Source of the DNA: Candidatus Omnitrophota bacterium
GTDB taxonomy: Bacteria > Omnitrophota > Gorgyraeia > Gorgyraeales > Gorgyraeaceae
Assembly: GCA_018814825.1 (NCBI GenBank)
Contig: JAHIYJ010000090.1
Coordinates: 1,321 to 65,320, forward strand
Direction of reading: 5' to 3'
Length of the DNA stretch: 64,000 bases
Shown here: positions 37,266 through 46,923 of the stretch, piece by piece
Layout of the letters: each line of letters begins with the position of its first letter
Numbering within the stretch: the stretch's first letter is position 1
Translations under genes and position numbers: made by a program
The notes under the pieces: model-generated
What the model was told of the DNA's origin: nothing
The model's input: the letters and a program-made list of their open reading frames with translations, nothing else
Databases searched by the model: none

Positions 37266-37757
37266 ATGAATAAAGGCTTTACAATTATTGAATTAATCAT
37301 GGTGATTGTCATAGCAGGCGTATTGACAGCTGGAACAGCGCCGTATATTAATGCAGTGATAGAACGCTGGCAATTTTTGCAGTTTCGCAATGAAGCAGGG
37401 ACGCAGGCAAGGAATGCGCTTGATTGGATGGTCAGAGAGATAAGAGAGGTAAAGGACAACAATAGTTTTGATATTGCTGATAGCTCTCGGCTTAAATTTA
37501 CCAATAGCAGTGATATCTCCATTGACTATACTCTATCGGGTAATACGCTTATGCGTAACAGCGATGCATTGGTAAGCGGCGTAAATAGCCTGCAGTTTGA
37601 ATATAGAAACGTCCAGAATAACATTATGAGTTCTTTGCCTCTTTCCTCAGGACAGAGAAAACAGATATGGCGTATTAGGGTAATCTTGACACTGAGTAGC
37701 GGAGGAGAAACCCTGACCCTGGAAACCGATATCTTTCCTCGGAATCTGGGAAGTTGA
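37266..37757 (+). CDS. Minor pseudopilin, GspJ/PilW-like
   Basis: MNKG|FTIIELIMVIVIAGVL..NALDWMVREIREV. ATG 37266 is used. The listed 37242 start lies inside the previous gene. Confidence 0.55.
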   Translation: MNKGFTIIELIMVIVIAGVLTAGTAPYINAVIERWQFLQFRNEAGTQARNALDWMVREIREVKDNNSFDIADSSRLKFTNSSDISIDYTLSGNTLMRNSDALVSGVNSLQFEYRNVQNNIMSSLPLSSGQRKQIWRIRVILTLSSGGETLTLETDIFPRNLGS

Positions 37758-37760
37758 AAA

Positions 37761-38114
37761 ATGAAGAGACTATTTAAGGATTCAGATGGCGCAGCCTTAG
37801 TAATAATTGTGTTTGCAATGCTTGTTTTTGCAATGCTTGGAGCTGTTATTGCTTCGATGCAGTCTAGCTATTATGAAACATCTCGAACACACCTCCGTTC
37901 AAACCAGGCTTTTTTTATCTCAGATAGTGGTATGGAGAGAGGAAAGGAATTATTGAATGATAGTTTAGGCTCTTGGCGTCCGCCTGACCCTCCGGGCTAC
38001 TTAAGGGAATATATGACTGTGGGCGGAACCTTGGGCCACTACGATATCTACGTTGAAAGTGCTGGCGGGGGCAGTGTAAGACTGATAGTAGAAAGCGAAA
38101 TGAATGCAGAATAG
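37761..38114 (+). CDS. Short GspK/PilX-N-like minor pseudopilin (no Glu5)
   Basis: GAALVIIVFAMLVFAMLGAVIASM..QAFFISDSGMERG follows the PilX_N pattern. 117 aa. Confidence 0.5.
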   Translation: MKRLFKDSDGAALVIIVFAMLVFAMLGAVIASMQSSYYETSRTHLRSNQAFFISDSGMERGKELLNDSLGSWRPPDPPGYLREYMTVGGTLGHYDIYVESAGGGSVRLIVESEMNAE

Positions 38115-38118
38115 GGCT

Positions 38119-38147
38119 TGAAATAGTGTTAGAAATCAGGTATAATA
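38119..38147 (+). promoter_or_regulatory. Sigma-70-like promoter TTGAAA-N17-TATAAT. A second candidate, TTGACA-N17-TACCAT, is at 38234..38262.
   Basis: Read from the AT-rich 175-nt intergenic region upstream of 38291. Confidence 0.35.
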
Positions 38148-38290
38148 TATATATATGATGAGTAACTAAATACTGAGAAAAGAGGTTATTTTTATCTAGA
38201 TATTTTATGTTTTTTAAAATAGCAAATAAAGTCTTGACACACAATAGTAGCTCTGTTACCATAAAAAGAAGACTATGGGAGGCATAAAAG

Positions 38291-39868
38291 ATGAAGCTAA
38301 AAATACAATTGATTGTATGCACAATAATTGTTTCGGCATTTATTTTTATAGAGGCACAAGTTCAAGCTCAAGAGGCACGAAAGGTTTCTCTGGCAGGAAG
38401 AAAGATTTTAGTAAGCGAGGAATTACTCCCTTACTTGGGAGCCTTGACTTTTATTGTTCCGCAAGAAGCTGAACACCCGCGCCCTAAAGTTCATGGGATG
38501 GCCAAGAGCGCTGATCTGTCACGTATCAATGGTTATAATCATTCGCTCGAAGGAGAACCTGTTGGTTCTGGTGCAGCTATAGGCGGCCTACCAGGCATTG
38601 CTACCAATGCTAGAGAAAAAGAGCTTTCTGTGCACCGGGTCGTGGTAACAGGTGACCCAGTACCCATAAAAGATGAAATAGACTATATTGATATCCCTGT
38701 CCTGGTCGATTACCTTAAAGAACAAGCTGATATTACAATAACGCAGGATACGGTCTATAAAGGAGGCAATATAGGCACCAAAGAGGATCCTAAGATCGTT
38801 GTAGTCAATGGTTCGAGGCTTAAGCTCATGCATGACTTCGAAGGTTATGGTATTCTCATACTTACAGGAGAGAGGACAGATAATCCGCGCTGGGATGACG
38901 AATCTGAAGAAGACGATATTGATGCCGAAAAAAGCACATTATACCAGGTTATCCGTAAAATAGGCGACGAACTGGATCTTGACTTTCCTCGTGAACAGCG
39001 TGTGAAGAGAAGATTAAGGCTGGTTATGGAAGATACATCTTCGTGGTATGGGATGATTATCTCTGATATCGGCTCTGAAACACTCATAGAAACTGATATA
39101 GATAGAGAGATCAATGTCCATGAGCGCCGGATAAATGACCTTAAGAAAGGCCGCAGGAATGATTCTGAAGACGAAAGAAAACTGCGTGATAGATGGGAGA
39201 GAGAGGAAAGAGAATCTCCTTCCAGGCAAAGGGAATCTTCGAACAGGTCTTTTAGAGAATTGTTCGCGCGGTTATTCGATGTCCAGCTTGCCTATGCTGA
39301 AGATAAAGATGACGATAAAGCCAAAGAGGAAAAAGATAAAAAGGAAAAGAAACACTTTATAGTTTACCCTAAAAAAGAGATAAAATACCATAAACCGGTA
39401 TGGCATCGCCATGGGGCCAAAGGTGTAGTGATGATCTTAGGAAGGCAGCATGGCTATTGGCACCCGCCCTATCCATGGCCTGTTATAGAGGAGGATATGG
39501 TTCCTGATTCTCCAAGGTATAAATGGATACATAAGTTAAAATCTTCCTCAATGGATTACTGGAATAAGTGGAGAGATTTTATGTCAAGGCCTGCTTATGC
39601 AAAGAACGACAAGGATGAGGACGAGGATAAAGATAAAGATAAAGACAAAGAAAAAGAAGGCAAGAGTGAAAAGAAAGTGCCGCGTAGATCCGAAGCAAAA
39701 CCTGGAGACGGCGTCAGGGTGTATGGGGCAATGCTTATAGGTGGTGAAAGGCCAATGGTTATCATGAAACTCGCTGATGTTTTTTATTCGAAAGAGGCCA
39801 TTGATATGGTGGATAAAAAACTTTCGAGTCTGCGCTTTACCTGGAGTGAATATAAAGAAGAAGAATAA
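38291..39868 (+). CDS. Secreted protein with highly charged K/D/E low-complexity tracts, function unknown
   Basis: Signal peptide (LIVCTIIVSAFIFIEAQVQA). Tracts DKDDDKAKEEKDKKEKK and DKDEDEDKDKDKDKEKEGKSEKK. 525 aa. It sits directly after an H/I/J/K minor-pilin set. Confidence 0.5.
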   Translation: MKLKIQLIVCTIIVSAFIFIEAQVQAQEARKVSLAGRKILVSEELLPYLGALTFIVPQEAEHPRPKVHGMAKSADLSRINGYNHSLEGEPVGSGAAIGGLPGIATNAREKELSVHRVVVTGDPVPIKDEIDYIDIPVLVDYLKEQADITITQDTVYKGGNIGTKEDPKIVVVNGSRLKLMHDFEGYGILILTGERTDNPRWDDESEEDDIDAEKSTLYQVIRKIGDELDLDFPREQRVKRRLRLVMEDTSSWYGMIISDIGSETLIETDIDREINVHERRINDLKKGRRNDSEDERKLRDRWEREERESPSRQRESSNRSFRELFARLFDVQLAYAEDKDDDKAKEEKDKKEKKHFIVYPKKEIKYHKPVWHRHGAKGVVMILGRQHGYWHPPYPWPVIEEDMVPDSPRYKWIHKLKSSSMDYWNKWRDFMSRPAYAKNDKDEDEDKDKDKDKEKEGKSEKKVPRRSEAKPGDGVRVYGAMLIGGERPMVIMKLADVFYSKEAIDMVDKKLSSLRFTWSEYKEEE

Positions 39869-39890
39869 CTTGTTGGTTGTATGGAATTTT

Positions 39891-39936
39891 AATCCCCTTA
39901 TTATTTAGTCACTATTATAATAAGGGGATTTTTTAT
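39891..39936 (+). terminator. Rho-independent terminator: 14-bp perfect stem AATCCCCTTATTAT/ATAATAAGGGGATT, 12-nt loop, then TTTTT
   Basis: Read directly, 23 nt after the stop of 38291..39868. Confidence 0.7.
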
Positions 39937-40004
39937 CAATAAGAATTTACATTGTATCTAACATGGCATAGGTGTATAATTTTTATTAAAAAGGGGGCGA
40001 TATT

Positions 40005-40265
40005 ATGACTCATAAGATAACTGTAGGTTTACTATCAGCGGCGTTGATTTTTGTCCTAATAGGACTTGTCTATGCCGGCAGAGAGACCGGTTCGGTGCTT
40101 TTACCTGAAGAAACATTGCAAAAGATTTTTGAGAAACTAGACAAGATCTCAAGAGAGCAAGATGCCATGAAGAGCAGGATGAATACAAGGCTCGATCAGA
40201 TTCTTGCTAATCAGGAAGCGGCAAAGGATGAATTGAAGACAATTAGGATAAGGAGTTTCCGATGA
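40005..40265 (+). CDS. Small membrane-anchored coiled-coil protein (hypothetical)
   Basis: TM helix (VGLLSAALIFVLIGLVYA), then a charged helical region. 86 aa. Its own RBS is GGGGG. Confidence 0.4.
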   Translation: MTHKITVGLLSAALIFVLIGLVYAGRETGSVLLPEETLQKIFEKLDKISREQDAMKSRMNTRLDQILANQEAAKDELKTIRIRSFR

Positions 40266-40373
40266 AGTGGCCCTATTTAATACTTGTAAAAGTTATAGTA
40301 TATGATATACTTATTGGAAAGTATTAATAAGTATTAGTTACCTTTACATAATATTAAATAGGGGGTATCCAAT

Positions 40374-40631
40374 ATGACAATAGAAAAAAACATATTGACA
40401 ATTGATGAGGTATCTAAGTTATTCAGCCTTTCTAAAGCAAGCATTAACTATTATATCAATATGGGGCTGATCGATGTATCCATGCGCAGGGGGAATAAGC
40501 GTTTTTTTGAATATGATATAATTAAGCATCGCATGAATACGATACAGCAATTGCAAGAAAAAGGTTTCTTACTGCGCCAGATCAAGGAAAAGATAATGCA
40601 GGAGAAATACAGGGAAGTCTCGCCGCGATGA
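40374..40631 (+). CDS. Small MerR-type HTH DNA-binding protein
   Basis: LTIDEVSKLFSLSKASINYYINMGLI matches the MerR N-terminal HTH. 85 aa. It overlaps the start of the downstream mshI-like gene by 4 nt. Confidence 0.55.
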   Translation: MTIEKNILTIDEVSKLFSLSKASINYYINMGLIDVSMRRGNKRFFEYDIIKHRMNTIQQLQEKGFLLRQIKEKIMQEKYREVSPR

Positions 40632-42361
40632 AAAAACAAACCTTATTTCAGAGACCTTTATTTCATACACTGTTATTAGATAACCTGAAGACTTGCCTTA
40701 AGAGCATAGGTGTGGTAACGGGTTTGGATATAGGGGCTTCTTCCTTGAAGATTGTCGAGCTCAAAAAGACAAGAGAGGGATTTAGCGTAAACAATTTTGT
40801 CTTTGACGTTATACCTGCTTCTGTAAGGGCTGATGATAAGGAGCTCGCGCAGTTTATTATCAATAGTATAAGAGAGGCAGTAAGACAGGATAAGCTTATG
40901 ACTAGGGGGGGGTTTTTAGCCTTGAGCGGCAAAGAGGTAAAGATCTTTTCGCTGACCTTTCCTAAAATAGCCAGACGTGACTTGAAGAATGCCATCCCGC
41001 TTGAGATCAAAAAACAGATGGTATTTGACCCTAAAAAGAGCTTTTTTGACTTTCAGGTTTCTTCTGAGTTTTCTGATCGCACTGGGCCAAAATTACAGAT
41101 CATTGCCGCAGTAGCAGATAGGAATGTCGTGCAAGAAAAAATAGATATTTTGCAGAAGGCTGGTATACGGCCTTTGGGCATAAGTATCATCCCTAATGCG
41201 TTGGGCAGTGTGCTGGAGAGGATAAGCGGGATTAATCCTGAAGAGGTAGTTTCTGTATTAGATATGGGCGCCAAGTTTACTGCCTTATGCATATTTAAAG
41301 GATCTAAATTGGAATTCAGCAGGGATATTCCGGTCGGAGGAGATCATCTAACCCAGGGATTAGTAAGAAAGATAACCCTGCCAGACAGGGAGATTAATAT
41401 TACCCTTGAACAGGCAGAGATAATCAAGAAGGAATGCGGCATACCCAGAAAGGAAGAATTGGAGCAAAGCGTAGGCCCCTTGTCAAAATCGCATATACTG
41501 GCTATAATGAAACCGACCTTAGAACGCTTGACCAGTGACATCCTGCGTTCAATCAATTATTACCGCCAGTATTTTAAGATACCGAAGATTGATAGGCTAT
41601 TGCTTAGCGGGGGCGGCTCGAGACTCAAGAACATAGAAGAATTTTTATCAACGAACTTAAAAGATATAAAGGTTGATAGGCTTAATCCGTTAGCGACAGT
41701 GGCAGTATGGACAGACAAGGGAGTTTCAAATCAGGAGTTATTAGAGGAATTGGCGCCGCATCTCAGTGTTGGGTTTGGCCTGGCCTTTGGGAAAAAGGGC
41801 GCAAAAGTAGACCTTTTGCCTTTTGAGACAAGGCTTCAACAAAAAGTTGAAACAGTAAAATTTATACTTAAAACCACAGTCCCTGTTGTTACTGCAGTTA
41901 TTTTTCTTTTATATGTTGCCTTTTCTGCCCAATCTTCTCATTATCGCAGGCTTATTACGCAGGCCAAGGCATCCTTAGAATCATTTGAGTCGACAAGACA
42001 GTCTATTAATGAATACGATGCGTTAAAAGAGAGAATGGAGCAGAGAAAAAACCTTCTGGAAAAGGCCGTGGGCAGGCAGCCTCTTTGGCGCGGGGTTCTA
42101 AAGGAGTTAGGGCGGGTTGGACCCGAAGGCATAACCTTGCATAGATTAGCTGTAGTAAAAGGTCAAAGTCCTATTAAGCTGAGATTAAATGGGGAGATAG
42201 TACCTTCTTATACAAGCATAGACCTGGTACTTTCACAGTATCTTATGGCGCTGGATGAATCGCCCTTTTTTGAGAACGTAGAGCTGGTCTCTCAGGTACG
42301 GGATGCATATTCATCCACGCCAAAAGCAAGATTTGAGATTATGCTTAAATTGGTGTATTAG
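40628..42361 (+). CDS. PilM-PilN fusion (MshI-like), copy 2
   Basis: The actin-like N-terminal domain (VTGLDIGASSLKIVEL) is followed by a TM segment and a PilN-like domain. 577 aa. Confidence 0.7.
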   Translation: MKKQTLFQRPLFHTLLLDNLKTCLKSIGVVTGLDIGASSLKIVELKKTREGFSVNNFVFDVIPASVRADDKELAQFIINSIREAVRQDKLMTRGGFLALSGKEVKIFSLTFPKIARRDLKNAIPLEIKKQMVFDPKKSFFDFQVSSEFSDRTGPKLQIIAAVADRNVVQEKIDILQKAGIRPLGISIIPNALGSVLERISGINPEEVVSVLDMGAKFTALCIFKGSKLEFSRDIPVGGDHLTQGLVRKITLPDREINITLEQAEIIKKECGIPRKEELEQSVGPLSKSHILAIMKPTLERLTSDILRSINYYRQYFKIPKIDRLLLSGGGSRLKNIEEFLSTNLKDIKVDRLNPLATVAVWTDKGVSNQELLEELAPHLSVGFGLAFGKKGAKVDLLPFETRLQQKVETVKFILKTTVPVVTAVIFLLYVAFSAQSSHYRRLITQAKASLESFESTRQSINEYDALKERMEQRKNLLEKAVGRQPLWRGVLKELGRVGPEGITLHRLAVVKGQSPIKLRLNGEIVPSYTSIDLVLSQYLMALDESPFFENVELVSQVRDAYSSTPKARFEIMLKLVY

Positions 42362-42363
42362 AA

Positions 42364-42918
42364 ATGAATAACTTTAAAATTAAAGAGATAATTCTTGCTA
42401 CAGGGATTTCAATCATTGCCATTTCTATGACATATTACCTACTTTATGTGCCGAAGGCCAGGCAGATAGCAGGGCTTCAAAAGGAAACGAAAAGCTTTCA
42501 CGAAGACATAGAAGAAATGGAAAAGATGATTTGCCGCGTTCCTAATCCCAAGAAAGAAATAGAAGTCCTGGGAGAGAGGCTGCAAAAACTTAAAGAAAAG
42601 GCCACGGATAAAGAGCAGACTCCTCGGATCATACAGCAGTTATTTCAAAAAACAGGGGAATTGAATATAGAGGTTATTTCTATTAACCCGCGCGAAGAAA
42701 CAGGGGAGAGCTCCATAGATATACCTGAAGGGGTAGGCAAGATCTATGTTGAGATAAAGATACGTTGTTCATATAAAACCTTATTAGCATACATAGAGGC
42801 CTTAAATCACCTGCCTCTTTTATTTACGCTTGAGGATTTATCCATTGAAAAAGCTGGTAAAGAGGCATCAGAAAATGTAGAGGTCCTCTTGCTTTTGAGC
42901 GCCTATGTCATGGCTTAG
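42364..42918 (+). CDS. PilO/MshJ-like protein, copy 2
   Basis: TM anchor plus coiled-coil. 184 aa. Position follows the PilMN fusion. Confidence 0.5.
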   Translation: MNNFKIKEIILATGISIIAISMTYYLLYVPKARQIAGLQKETKSFHEDIEEMEKMICRVPNPKKEIEVLGERLQKLKEKATDKEQTPRIIQQLFQKTGELNIEVISINPREETGESSIDIPEGVGKIYVEIKIRCSYKTLLAYIEALNHLPLLFTLEDLSIEKAGKEASENVEVLLLLSAYVMA

Positions 42919-42930
42919 GAAGGCAGAAAG

Positions 42931-43428
42931 ATGACGTTAGATAAAAGCAGGAAACAATTAATTATTACAGGGATACTTGTCCTGGCGCTGGTATTCATCA
43001 GCATTAATACCTTTTCAAATTCAAAGAAAGGAAAGAGAGAGAAGGCAAAAAAACAAAACGCGAGAGTTTCAATAACCCAGGAGGCCCCAAGTGGAGGGTC
43101 AGGGGATATATCTGTTCAGAAAACTGCTATGGAGGGTTTTGCGCCACTGGATCATAGAACAATTCAATTGCAACTTGTCAGAATAGCAGAAGAGGAGCCT
43201 ATAAAAGATCCATTTTATCCGATGGAGAAAAAAGAAACATTTAAAAGAGGTTCTATAGTCTTAAAGGGGATTTCCTGGAAGGAAAAGGCCCCGTCATTTG
43301 CAATTATAAACGAACAAATTATAAAAGTAGGCGATAGCGTAGGAGATAGCAAGGTTATGCGTATCGAGGAAAAGTCAGTTGTGCTAGAAAAAGACAATCG
43401 GGAATATATCCTGGTTCTGGAGGAATAA
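42931..43428 (+). CDS. PilP/MshK-like protein, copy 2
   Basis: TM anchor and a C-terminal beta domain (GDSKVMRIEEKSVVLEKDNREYILVL). Confidence 0.45.
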   Translation: MTLDKSRKQLIITGILVLALVFISINTFSNSKKGKREKAKKQNARVSITQEAPSGGSGDISVQKTAMEGFAPLDHRTIQLQLVRIAEEEPIKDPFYPMEKKETFKRGSIVLKGISWKEKAPSFAIINEQIIKVGDSVGDSKVMRIEEKSVVLEKDNREYILVLEE

Positions 43429-43429
43429 A

Positions 43430-44866
43430 ATGAGAAAATTACCTGTTATATTGTTGTTTTTTTTCCTGATCTTTTACTTTTCTTCAGAAGTTTTTCCCCA
43501 GGAGGACAAAGATTTTATATCGGTTGATTTCAGGGATACCGAAATTGGTGATGCCTTGAGACTTTTGTCTAAACAGCACAACTTGAATATCATTATCTCA
43601 GAATACGTAAAAGGGCCGATAACTGCGCAGTTTTCCAATGTTACTGTGCAGGAGGCAATAGACGCAATCGTTACTATTAATGGGTATGCTTATACTAAAC
43701 GCGGTAATGTGATAAAGGTTACTTCTCCAGAGGCAGCTGAGCTTGAACCGGCTGTCACGCGCCTATTTAAGTTAAACAATGCCACGGCATCAGAGCTCAA
43801 AGAGTCGTTTGCAAAGGTGTTATCCGAGACAGGTAATATCGAGATAGATGAGCGTTCTAATGCTCTCATAGTCACTGATAACTCTAAGGTTATAGAGAAG
43901 ATTCAGGAATTGATTGAAGGATTGGATGGAATTACCCCTCAGATAATGATAGAGGCCAAGGTTATAGAGACAATCTTGTCAGATTCTGATAGACTGGGTA
44001 TCGACTGGACAACGCAGATAACCGCCACGGGCGCTAATCGGCCTACAACATTTCCTTTTGACAGGAAGTCACAAGGCGGCAGGTGGTTTCCGGTAGGCGA
44101 CGCAACAGCTGATGCAGGTGATAACGCAGGCACATTTCCGCCTGATCCAGCCACAGGCTTTCCCCTGGCATTGCCATCAAATTTTACCTTAGGTTCTCTT
44201 GATTTTACCCAGCTTCAGGCAGTGCTCGAGATACTGGAGTCAAGGTCTAACACAACCACCCTTTCTAATCCAAAGATCGTTACTATGAATAACAAAGAGG
44301 CGAGTGTATTGGTAGGAACGCGTATGCCGATTCCTATATATGAGCGCAATGAAGCAACAGGGACATTTGAGATCACTGGTTACGATGAAGAGAAAGTAGG
44401 TGTATCCCTGAAGGTGGTCCCTCAGGTTAATTCACAGGGTTATATAAAACTTAAATTATCTCCAGAGGTCAGTTCTATTACCAGCTATACAGGCCCCAAT
44501 AATGAGCGCCCTATTATTTCTACGCGCCAGGCGCAAACCGAAGTCCAGATCAAGGATGGGCACACAGTTGTCATTGGAGGCCTGATCAAAGAAGAAAATA
44601 TCAAGACAGTAAGAAGGGTGCCTATCTTGGGACACATACCTATCCTTAGCTTACTATTTAAAAAGACAGAAGATACTAAAGGTAAAACTGATTTGCTTAT
44701 TTTTGTTACAGCCCATATTATTTCTGAAGATAAAGCCAAGAGTTTCACCCAGGAGGCTATTTATAAATCAAAACGGCCGGATCTCTTTCCAGAAGAAAAA
44801 CAGAAAAAGAATCTTAAGCCGAAAAAAGAAACAACAGAGGCAAAATCGTATAAACCATTGAAATAA
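43430..44866 (+). CDS. pilQ: Secretin (PilQ/MshL/GspD family)
   Basis: Signal peptide. The N-terminal domain ISVDFRDTEIGDALRLLSK..NIII is MshL/PilQ-like. The C-terminal secretin core is GGLIKEENIKTVRRVPILGHIPILSLLFKK..DLLIFVTAHII. 478 aa. Confidence 0.8.
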   Translation: MRKLPVILLFFFLIFYFSSEVFPQEDKDFISVDFRDTEIGDALRLLSKQHNLNIIISEYVKGPITAQFSNVTVQEAIDAIVTINGYAYTKRGNVIKVTSPEAAELEPAVTRLFKLNNATASELKESFAKVLSETGNIEIDERSNALIVTDNSKVIEKIQELIEGLDGITPQIMIEAKVIETILSDSDRLGIDWTTQITATGANRPTTFPFDRKSQGGRWFPVGDATADAGDNAGTFPPDPATGFPLALPSNFTLGSLDFTQLQAVLEILESRSNTTTLSNPKIVTMNNKEASVLVGTRMPIPIYERNEATGTFEITGYDEEKVGVSLKVVPQVNSQGYIKLKLSPEVSSITSYTGPNNERPIISTRQAQTEVQIKDGHTVVIGGLIKEENIKTVRRVPILGHIPILSLLFKKTEDTKGKTDLLIFVTAHIISEDKAKSFTQEAIYKSKRPDLFPEEKQKKNLKPKKETTEAKSYKPLK

Positions 44867-44893
44867 TATTGGCAGAGCCTTAAAATTAAGGAG

Positions 44894-46219
44894 ATGAGGA
44901 TGAAAACAAAAAAGGACTGGATAATAATAGGTTTATTTTTAGCTTCTTTATTATTGGGATACAAGAGTTTAAATTTAGCAGGGGTTAATAAACATCTGAA
45001 ACATAAGTTTAAATCTAACCAAGAGGAGGTTATCCAGGCTAAAAGGCGGATAAGTCAGCTGTCCATGCTTAACACCTCCCTTAATTCAGAGATAGAAAAA
45101 TTAAACGCTCAGATTGAAGGCTTCCCCTTATCTTTACAGTCCAAGGAAGAAGAGAACAAAAGATTAAAAGAACAGATGGCCACGCTAAATATAGATTTTG
45201 ATGGGTTGAAAAGGGCCCTTGTGAATTTTGAATCAGAATTCCAAAAAAATCAAGAGCTGAAATTAATAGATTCTCTCAAACAGGAAAACAAGGCCTTTAA
45301 AAATGTCAACCAGGAACTGCAGAAGGAGATCAGGTTGTTTCAGGGGCAATTAATAGAAACAGATAAAGAATTCAGCTCTATGCAAAGGGATATGCAAGAA
45401 TTTGACAGGCGCTTAAAGGATAAGGATGAAGAATTGGCAAAAAAGGAAGAAGAGATAGGCCTGCTTAAGGATGAACTGGCTAAAGTGCGTTCAGAAAAAG
45501 ATGTAATCAAGGTGGGGACAGAGGCAATAAAAGCAGAGCTCGATACAGCTACCAAGGCTGCTGTGTTTTTAAATAACAAGAGCATGGAGCTTGATAGGTC
45601 GTTAAGCGAGAAATCTTCACAGTTGGCTAAGCTGCAGGAAGAGATAGAAGCGCTCAGGTCACAAAGGAATAGTCTTCAGGAAGAACTCTCCTCATCTTTG
45701 GCCAGTCAAAAACAAGCCAATGGCCAGCTTATCCAGACTATGCAAACTATTTCTTTATTGCAAGACAGGTTCAAGGGTCTGTCAGAGTTATTGGAAAACA
45801 AATCCCCTGAAACAAAATCAGCGGCTGAGGTGAATTTGCCAAAGATAGAGATATTAATACCTAGGACAGATATTGAAGCCAAGGGAAAGACAGAAGGCAG
45901 AGCTGGCTCTAGCGGCAGTAAAGAGAAACATAAGACTAGAGAAGAAGCTATCGAATGCTATAATAACGGCCTGAAATACGCAGTAGAAGAGAACTATAAA
46001 AAAGCTGAAGAGAGCTTCCTGAAGGCCATTAAGATCAACCCTGAAGATGCTGATAGTTGTTACAACTTGGCAATTATCTATGATGACCACCTGGGTAATA
46101 AAAAGAAGGCCGCCTATTATTACAGGAAATACCTGGAATTAAGGCCGGATTCAGAAGATCGGGATATGGTTATGGAATGGCTGAGAAAGACAGACCGTAA
46201 TATAAAAAAGGGGAGGTAG
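44894..46219 (+). CDS. TM-anchored long coiled-coil protein with C-terminal TPR repeats (FimV/pilotin-like?)
   Basis: N-terminal TM segment, about 300 aa of heptad-rich coiled coil, and a C-terminal TPR region (AIECYNNGLKY..SCYNLAIIYDD). Confidence 0.45.
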   Translation: MRMKTKKDWIIIGLFLASLLLGYKSLNLAGVNKHLKHKFKSNQEEVIQAKRRISQLSMLNTSLNSEIEKLNAQIEGFPLSLQSKEEENKRLKEQMATLNIDFDGLKRALVNFESEFQKNQELKLIDSLKQENKAFKNVNQELQKEIRLFQGQLIETDKEFSSMQRDMQEFDRRLKDKDEELAKKEEEIGLLKDELAKVRSEKDVIKVGTEAIKAELDTATKAAVFLNNKSMELDRSLSEKSSQLAKLQEEIEALRSQRNSLQEELSSSLASQKQANGQLIQTMQTISLLQDRFKGLSELLENKSPETKSAAEVNLPKIEILIPRTDIEAKGKTEGRAGSSGSKEKHKTREEAIECYNNGLKYAVEENYKKAEESFLKAIKINPEDADSCYNLAIIYDDHLGNKKKAAYYYRKYLELRPDSEDRDMVMEWLRKTDRNIKKGR

Positions 46220-46221
46220 GC

Positions 46222-46488
46222 ATGAAAGTGACAATGATTCTGTTTGTTTTAGGAGGCTTGAGTTTAGGGTTTAGCCTGCTGTTTTTTTTGGCCCCAAAAC
46301 AGATAAATTCACGACAGATATTGGATCTGTATATAGGTCCAAAGGCTAAACAGGAAGGATTAGAAGGGCTTATAAACAGGATTATTACTATTGATGATAA
46401 GATTACTATGGCAGCCCAAGCTATGGGGGTTTTTCTAGTTTTTTTTACATTGATTTTATTTTGGACTGGCCTGGCGTTGATCCAATAA
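46222..46488 (+). CDS. Small two-TM membrane protein (hypothetical)
   Basis: 88 aa with two hydrophobic helices. Good RBS (AAAAGGGGAGG). Confidence 0.4.
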   Translation: MKVTMILFVLGGLSLGFSLLFFLAPKQINSRQILDLYIGPKAKQEGLEGLINRIITIDDKITMAAQAMGVFLVFFTLILFWTGLALIQ

Positions 46489-46546
46489 AAAATATTGCGT
46501 ATAAGGTTATTAAAGGTTACAACACAAGAGAACAGCTGGCTTAGAA

Positions 46547-46921
46547 ATGACAAAAAAAATTCTAATAGCTGACAGTGATCCTTTATTTCTAGAGACCATA
46601 GCGACTCAGATAAAAGATAATAGGGGCTATGAAGTCATTACGGCTTTTGATGGCATGGAGGCATTAAAGAAGGCAAGAAGGGAGAATCCGGATATTATTA
46701 TACTTGAAGATACCCTTGTATTTATAGACGGATTTAAATTGTGCCGGTTCTTAAAATTTGATAAACAACGCAGGCATATCCCTATAATACTTTTAACACC
46801 ACATATTAGTGATGCAAATGTGGCCCTGGCGAAAGAGGTAGGCTCAGACGACTATTTGTTGCATTCGGTTAACGATAATCTTTTAGAGAAAATAGATTCT
46901 TATCTTTCAAAGACTGATTAA
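46547..46921 (+). CDS. Receiver-like domain protein with a degenerate active site (pseudo-receiver)
   Basis: Paralogous to the 12844 receiver (..CR.LKFD....H.P.I..T). The acidic pocket is DSD instead of DDD, the phospho-Asp region reads IIILEDTLVFIDG, and KPF is replaced by HSV. Confidence 0.5.
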   Translation: MTKKILIADSDPLFLETIATQIKDNRGYEVITAFDGMEALKKARRENPDIIILEDTLVFIDGFKLCRFLKFDKQRRHIPIILLTPHISDANVALAKEVGSDDYLLHSVNDNLLEKIDSYLSKTD

Positions 46922-46923
46922 TT

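Noticed and set aside
38275-39362. ORFs 38275..38472 and 39135..39362 overlapping the 38291..39868 secreted-protein gene.
   Set aside because: They are alternative-frame artefacts. The 39135 ORF is just the K/E-rich low-complexity region read in another frame.
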